From the NCBI GenBank assembly GCA_028718635.1, contig JAQULK010000001.1, forward strand, positions 88,626 through 152,625: a stretch of DNA of 64,000 nucleotides, read 5' to 3'. The position numbers and the translations under genes are program-made. This DNA comes from Minisyncoccota bacterium (GTDB taxonomy: Bacteria; Patescibacteriota; Minisyncoccia; Phycocordibacterales; UBA9973). Shown one piece after another: positions 59,590-64,000 of this stretch (within the stretch, counting starts at the first letter, position 1; every line of letters begins with the position of its first letter). Under the pieces are notes generated by a model. It did not search any database and was not told the DNA's origin. It saw nothing but the letters and a program-made list of their open reading frames with translations.

Positions 59590-60786
59590 ATGAAGATAAT
59601 TACAGATGAAAAAAAAATAGATGAAATTTTAACACGAGGGGTGGAAGATGTTTTTGTAAAAGAAGATTTAAGAAAAAAACTTCTTTCTGGAAAACGATTA
59701 AGAATTAAGCTTGGGATTGATCCAACTAGTCCTTTTATTCATCTCGGCAGAGCGGTAACACTTCTCAAACTTAAGGCTTTTCAAGACTTAGGTCATCATA
59801 TCGTTCTCATTATCGGTGATTTTACTGCAAAAATTGGAGACCCTTCAGATAAATTAGAAAAAAGACCAATGCTAACTGATAAACAAATAAAAAGCAATTT
59901 AAAAAAATATCTAGAACAAATTTCTCTCATCTTGGATATGAAAAATGTGGAAGTCAGATATAACTCAGAATGGTTGAAAGGAATGAGTATACCGGAAATA
60001 GGTCAACTTTTGGAATGTTTTACTGTTCAGCAAATGACAAAAAGAAGAAATTTCAAAAAAAGATTAGATGCAGGTGAAGATGTTTTTATGGTTGAGTTTA
60101 TGTATCCTGCTTTACAGGGCTACGATAGCGTAGCTGTTAAAGCAGATGTTGAAATTGGCGGATTTGATCAGCTTTTCAATTTAAAAGCTGGAAGAATAGT
60201 TCAAAGAAGATACGGCCAAAAAGAACAAGATATTATGGTTCTCTCAATGCTTGAAGGAACAGACGGGCGCAAAATGTCTTCGTCTTGGGGAAATATAATT
60301 TCTGTTATTGATTCTCCGGACGAAATGTTTGGGAAAATTATGTCTTTAAAAGATGAACTTATTACTAAATATTTTTTACTTACAACAGATATGAGTTTAG
60401 AAGAGATAAATAAAGTAGAAGATTCTTTAAAAAACGGAGAAAATCCGATGAAGTTCAAAAAAATACTAGCAAAAAAAATTATTTCTTTTTATCATTCTAA
60501 AAAAGATGCTGAAAAAGCCGAAGAGAATTTTGTGAATACTTTTCAGAAAAAGGAGATTCCAGAGGAAATGGAAGAAATAAAATGCGAAAAGGGAGATTTT
60601 TTGAGCGAGGTTTTGGTGAAAAATAAAATTTTAGCTTCCAAAGGAGAATGGCGAAGGCTTGTAGAAGGGAATGCAATTCATGATTTAACCAAACACAGCA
60701 ATATCACTGATCAAAATATAAAAATATCAGAAAATCTAACACTTAAAATTGGAAAGAAAAGATTTGTAAAAATAGTTCTTAAATAA
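59590..60786 (+). CDS. tyrS: tyrosyl-tRNA synthetase
   Basis: GIDPTSPFIHLG (HIGH region) and KMSSS (KMSKS). Start at internal Met MKIITDEK. Confidence 0.85.
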   Translation: MKIITDEKKIDEILTRGVEDVFVKEDLRKKLLSGKRLRIKLGIDPTSPFIHLGRAVTLLKLKAFQDLGHHIVLIIGDFTAKIGDPSDKLEKRPMLTDKQIKSNLKKYLEQISLILDMKNVEVRYNSEWLKGMSIPEIGQLLECFTVQQMTKRRNFKKRLDAGEDVFMVEFMYPALQGYDSVAVKADVEIGGFDQLFNLKAGRIVQRRYGQKEQDIMVLSMLEGTDGRKMSSSWGNIISVIDSPDEMFGKIMSLKDELITKYFLLTTDMSLEEINKVEDSLKNGENPMKFKKILAKKIISFYHSKKDAEKAEENFVNTFQKKEIPEEMEEIKCEKGDFLSEVLVKNKILASKGEWRRLVEGNAIHDLTKHSNITDQNIKISENLTLKIGKKRFVKIVLK

Positions 60787-60790
60787 AAAA

Positions 60791-60823
60791 CAACTAGGTC
60801 TGACCTAGTTGTTTTTTTTGTAT
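60791..60823 (+). terminator. rho-independent terminator
   Basis: CAACTAGGTC-TGA-CCTAGTTG followed by TTTTTTTT. Confidence 0.7.
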
Positions 60824-61067
60824 TATACTTTATCTATCCCTGTCCGGATCCTCTTCATCCAGTCCGAAATCACTTATATCATCATCAAGCATATCTAGCG
60901 GTTCGTCTTCGTCTGCTCCAAACTTGAAGTTATCTCTTATTTCTTCATCCTCATCGTACATAAAAATTTATTTTCTTGTCCCGTAGTGAATTTATTCTAC
61001 TACTGGGATTATTATTACCTGCTAATGCCTACTTTGTATCAAAATATAAAAAGCTTGGCAATAGCAA

Positions 61068-61216
61068 ATGTGGATAACCCCCACACCTTTCTTGATATCA
61101 CTTTTTATTCTTTAAATAAAACGTTAAGCAGGATAGTTTTTTAAGAGAAAATATTAATAAAATAATATTTTTACTGAAAAAGTAGAATAATATCAAGAAA
61201 GGTGTGGGGGATAACT
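61068..61216. repeat. solo family B element with 21-bp perfect inverted repeats CCCCCACACCTTTCTTGATAT
   Basis: Termini match the GIY-YIG element at 30919..31290. No ORF inside. Abuts the ruvC stop. Confidence 0.7.
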
Positions 61217-61724
61217 AAAACTTTATGTGTGCAAAGGCTGTCAGAGCTATAGCGATAGCATCCAATTCATCATCAGATGTTTTTATTTTATCTATATCCA
61301 CCAAAATTTTTACCATTTTTATTATTTGTTCTTTGTTGGCTTTTCCATAGCCAGTAGTGGCAATTTTTATTTGGGGAGGAGAAGCTTCAAATATTTTTAG
61401 TCCTGCACAGGAGGCTTCGTATATCACTACTCCGCGCGCTTCAGCGACCTTCATCACTGTCTTATGATTAGTATTTAAAAATAAAGTTTCAATAGCTAAA
61501 ATTTCTGGTTTGTATTTGCTAATTACTTTATTGACCTCTGTGCCTATTAAATGTAAACGCTCACTAAATTCTAATTTAGCCGGAGTCTTAAAACATTTGG
61601 AAAAAATTACTTTTTCCTTACCCTGAAGTCCCCGCCTGCCGGATGGGCAGGTTGCCTCAGTGGTTCGTTCTAGCACTGCTATTCCCAATCGCTCATATCC
61701 TGGATCTATCCCTAAAATCATCAT
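61215..61724 (-). CDS. ruvC: crossover junction endodeoxyribonuclease RuvC with in-frame palindromic insertion
   Basis: ILGIDPG...AIETLF...DELDAIAIALT. Extra segment TTEATCPSGRRGLQGKEK is encoded by palindrome CCTGCCGGATGGGCAGG. Confidence 0.8.
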   Translation of the reverse strand: MMILGIDPGYERLGIAVLERTTEATCPSGRRGLQGKEKVIFSKCFKTPAKLEFSERLHLIGTEVNKVISKYKPEILAIETLFLNTNHKTVMKVAEARGVVIYEASCAGLKIFEASPPQIKIATTGYGKANKEQIIKMVKILVDIDKIKTSDDELDAIAIALTAFAHIKF

Positions 61725-61805
61725 CCCGTTAGAAGCAGGTCGCGGTCAGACCGTGACTACTTAAATTAATATTATTAAAATTGCGACCGCGGCTTCTAAC
61801 GGGAA
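61725..61805. repeat. family A element (inverse copy of 45711..45833)
   Basis: Occupies exactly the 81 bp between the ruvB stop (TGA 61806..61808) and the ruvC ATG. Confidence 0.8.
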
Positions 61806-62828
61806 TCATAATAATTTTTCTTGATTTTTCTTAACATCAAAATCCAAATGCTCATAAGCTTTATTTGTGGCTATTCTTCCGCGGGCGGTGCGCTCTAGTA
61901 AACCTAGCTGGATTAGATATGGCTCGATGACTTCTTCTACGGTCGCTTCTTCTTCCGACATTGCCGCAGCAATAGTTTTCAACCCCACTGGTCCGCCATT
62001 AAATTTCTCAATTAATATTTCTAAAAATTTTCTATCAGAAGAATTCAAGCCGATATCATCAATGGCGAGCATATTTAGCGCATCTCTCACGGTTTTCTGG
62101 TTCAAAAGTTTTTTATTATTCTTCTCATATACCTGAGCAAAATCCCGACAGCGTTTCAAAAAGTAATTTGCTGTGCGGGGAGTAAATCTGCTTCTCTTGG
62201 CTATTTCTTTTAGAGCATCTTCATCTAAAACTATTTTTAAAAGATTGCTTGATCTTTTTACTATTTCTCCAATTTCTTCATTGGAATAAAATTCCAATCT
62301 AAAAACTCCGCCGGAGAAACGGGAACGAAGCGGAGAAGAAACCATTGCTACTCTGGTAGTCGCCGCGATCAAAGTAAAAGGTGGCAAGTCGAGCTGGATG
62401 GTGCGCGCCGAAGGACCTTTGCCGATGATAATATCTAAAACCCCGGACTCCATCGCAGGGTAAAGTATTTCCTCAACCATTTTATTGAGCCGATGAATTT
62501 CGTCGATAAAAAGAATATCGCCAGACGCTAAATTTGTCAGGATGGAAGCCAAGTCGCCAACTTTTTCAATTGCCGGACCAGAAGTGATTTTCATCTGTCT
62601 GCCTGTCTCTTTGGCAATTAAATGCGCTAAGGTAGTTTTTCCCAATCCTGGAGGTCCGTAAAAAAGAATGTGTTCGGGGGTGTGTCCGCGTTCAAGAGCC
62701 GCCCGCAACAAGATTTTTACATTGTCTTTTATGTGTTTTTGGCCGATATATTCATTCCACTTCGTGGGGCGGAGAGTCTGATCTAGAAAAGAGTCATCTG
62801 TTGTTTCTTTTTTTATGTCTTTATTCAT
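61806..62828 (-). CDS. ruvB: Holliday junction branch migration helicase RuvB
   Basis: GPPGLGKTTLA, DILFIDEIHRL. Winged-helix C-terminus. Confidence 0.9.
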   Translation of the reverse strand: MNKDIKKETTDDSFLDQTLRPTKWNEYIGQKHIKDNVKILLRAALERGHTPEHILFYGPPGLGKTTLAHLIAKETGRQMKITSGPAIEKVGDLASILTNLASGDILFIDEIHRLNKMVEEILYPAMESGVLDIIIGKGPSARTIQLDLPPFTLIAATTRVAMVSSPLRSRFSGGVFRLEFYSNEEIGEIVKRSSNLLKIVLDEDALKEIAKRSRFTPRTANYFLKRCRDFAQVYEKNNKKLLNQKTVRDALNMLAIDDIGLNSSDRKFLEILIEKFNGGPVGLKTIAAAMSEEEATVEEVIEPYLIQLGLLERTARGRIATNKAYEHLDFDVKKNQEKLL

Positions 62829-62843
62829 ATGGGTTTTTGGTTG

Positions 62844-62895
62844 ATCCCGTTAGAGGCCGCGAGGGCTCGCAGCGACCCTCTGCCTCTAACGGGAT
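62844..62895. repeat. family A element (GAGGC subtype)
   Basis: Near-identical to 14447..14497. Lies 16 bp upstream of the ruvB ATG. Confidence 0.8.
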
Positions 62896-63194
62896 TGACA
62901 TTGATTTTATTATATGCTATATTGTGAGCGTAGTACATTTATCAACAGGGTATCAACATAGCTATCAACATTATAGCATTTGCTTGATTAAGCATATAGT
63001 ATAATTACAAAAGAGAAAGTTTTTGTTGATATTTAAATAAGGCATTAATCTCTAAGCAATCAGCCATAGGTTATATGAATTTGCGTAGGACGTTTTGGGG
63101 CTTTAATTAGTTTCTGGAGCTATCCTATAATATTTTATTACTTTCGGAGCTCAGCTCTGAAAGGATTGTTTAGAGATTAATGCTTTTTTTGTTC

Positions 63195-63860
63195 TTATTT
63201 TTCTTTTTTATTCGCTTCTCTGTGCAATAGAGAGAACAAAGCGACAGTCTGCCCGAAATCTTTTTCGGCAACGATAAAAATTAATTCAGTAGGCGTGGAA
63301 ACTAGTTCTTCCAAATTGATCCGGGCGCGAGCAGTGACGGAAAGAAGCGAGAAGAAAACATTTGGCATTTCAAAAACTTCCGGACCGTACGAAACTCCAA
63401 TAGCAGCCAGATTGTGATTGATAATTTTTGGTTTCACTTTAAAATGCTTCAAAATTTTATTTTCTAAATTGGAGGAGCATATAATATCAACCTCGGCAGT
63501 ACCGATAGTGGTGGTAAAAAAATCTTCCTGAGATACGGATATATTTTTGTGAAGCGATTCGAGTTCTTCTATAAGCTTGAGAGTGTTCTCGTAGATTATC
63601 TCCGACAAGGGGAGCTTTGTAGTAATATTTTTTATTGGAACATCCCAAATAAGAGGATGTTCTTTTTTTAATTCTTTTCGAATGCGTGATAAAGAAACAA
63701 CCAAACTGGTAATAGTTACTTGTTTTTTAGTAAGTGCTTCGACTCTCGGACGGATGCGGTGCGCATAACTGCTCATGTTCATATAACCATTCGAAAGAGC
63801 GATGGAAGCTTCCAGCTCTTTTAGTACAATATCTTGCACAATGGGTTGTATTTTGATCAT
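63195..63860 (-). CDS. hypothetical protein, possibly with tandem ACT-like regulatory domains
   Basis: 221 aa. Two beta-alpha-beta-beta-alpha-beta-like segments. Weak call. Confidence 0.35.
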   Translation of the reverse strand: MIKIQPIVQDIVLKELEASIALSNGYMNMSSYAHRIRPRVEALTKKQVTITSLVVSLSRIRKELKKEHPLIWDVPIKNITTKLPLSEIIYENTLKLIEELESLHKNISVSQEDFFTTTIGTAEVDIICSSNLENKILKHFKVKPKIINHNLAAIGVSYGPEVFEMPNVFFSLLSVTARARINLEELVSTPTELIFIVAEKDFGQTVALFSLLHREANKKEK

Positions 63861-64000
63861 ATTTATAATTCTAACAGATTTTACAAAAAGTCAAAATCTT
63901 TAAGTAAATGTTAAAAAATTTAGTGTTATTAAACTAAGCTGTCATTATATTAATGTAATAGGAAGTATTTATGTATAAAAAGATAGTTAAAAAAATAGTC

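Noticed and set aside
5328-62895. Possible CRISPR array, given the many recurring repeats
   Set aside because: The repeats are dispersed individually at gene boundaries and inside genes. They are not tandemly arranged with unique spacers, and no cas genes were seen.

Overview
This window is AT-rich and gene-dense, with short intergenic spacers. It reads as a reduced-genome bacterium (the CPR/Patescibacteria-like assignment is inference). It contains the chromosomal origin neighbourhood: rpmH-rnpA-yidD-yidC-jag on the minus strand facing dnaA-dnaN on the plus strand, with tandem DnaA boxes and an AT-rich spacer. Housekeeping genes are pyrF, pyrE, pyrD, clpP with a membrane-anchored ClpA-like ATPase, rny, hup, lexA with an SOS box, a YifB/ComM ATPase, a dksA-like gene, metK, pnp, rpsO, xth, cca, uvrD/pcrA, ksgA, a class A PBP, tyrS, ruvC and ruvB. 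There are four tRNAs: Gly-GCC, Arg-TCG, Pro-TGG and Gly-TCC. A type II restriction-modification pair lies directly downstream of lexA. Two large Cys-rich paralogues flank an ORF6N-xth-DUF1211 block. A Gram-positive/CPR-style type IV secretion-like cluster runs from 41.5 to 51.7 kb. It has a VirB6-like polytopic protein, a PrgI-like protein, a VirB4 ATPase apparently split in two, a pilin-like/lytic-transglycosylase-like fusion and secreted or membrane proteins, preceded by a PG-binding protein and an Ig-like repeat surface protein. The most striking property is the density of small repeat elements in an otherwise AT-rich sequence. Family A has TCCCGTTAGA...TCTAACGGGA termini, one full copy carrying a GIY-YIG gene, and about nine solo copies. 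Solo copies sit exactly at gene boundaries or in-frame inside metK (twice) and yidD. Family B is a second GIY-YIG element type with a solo derivative. Family C comprises GC-rich palindromes inserted in-frame in many genes (uvrD, ksgA, cca, jag, ruvC, PrgI-like and others), in the manner of Rickettsia palindromic elements. A roughly 100-bp palindromic element is shared in-frame by cca and uvrD. Family D is a roughly 105-bp element with compensatory hairpin changes. No rRNA genes and no CRISPR array were seen. All functional calls come from motif recognition by eye; no database search was run.
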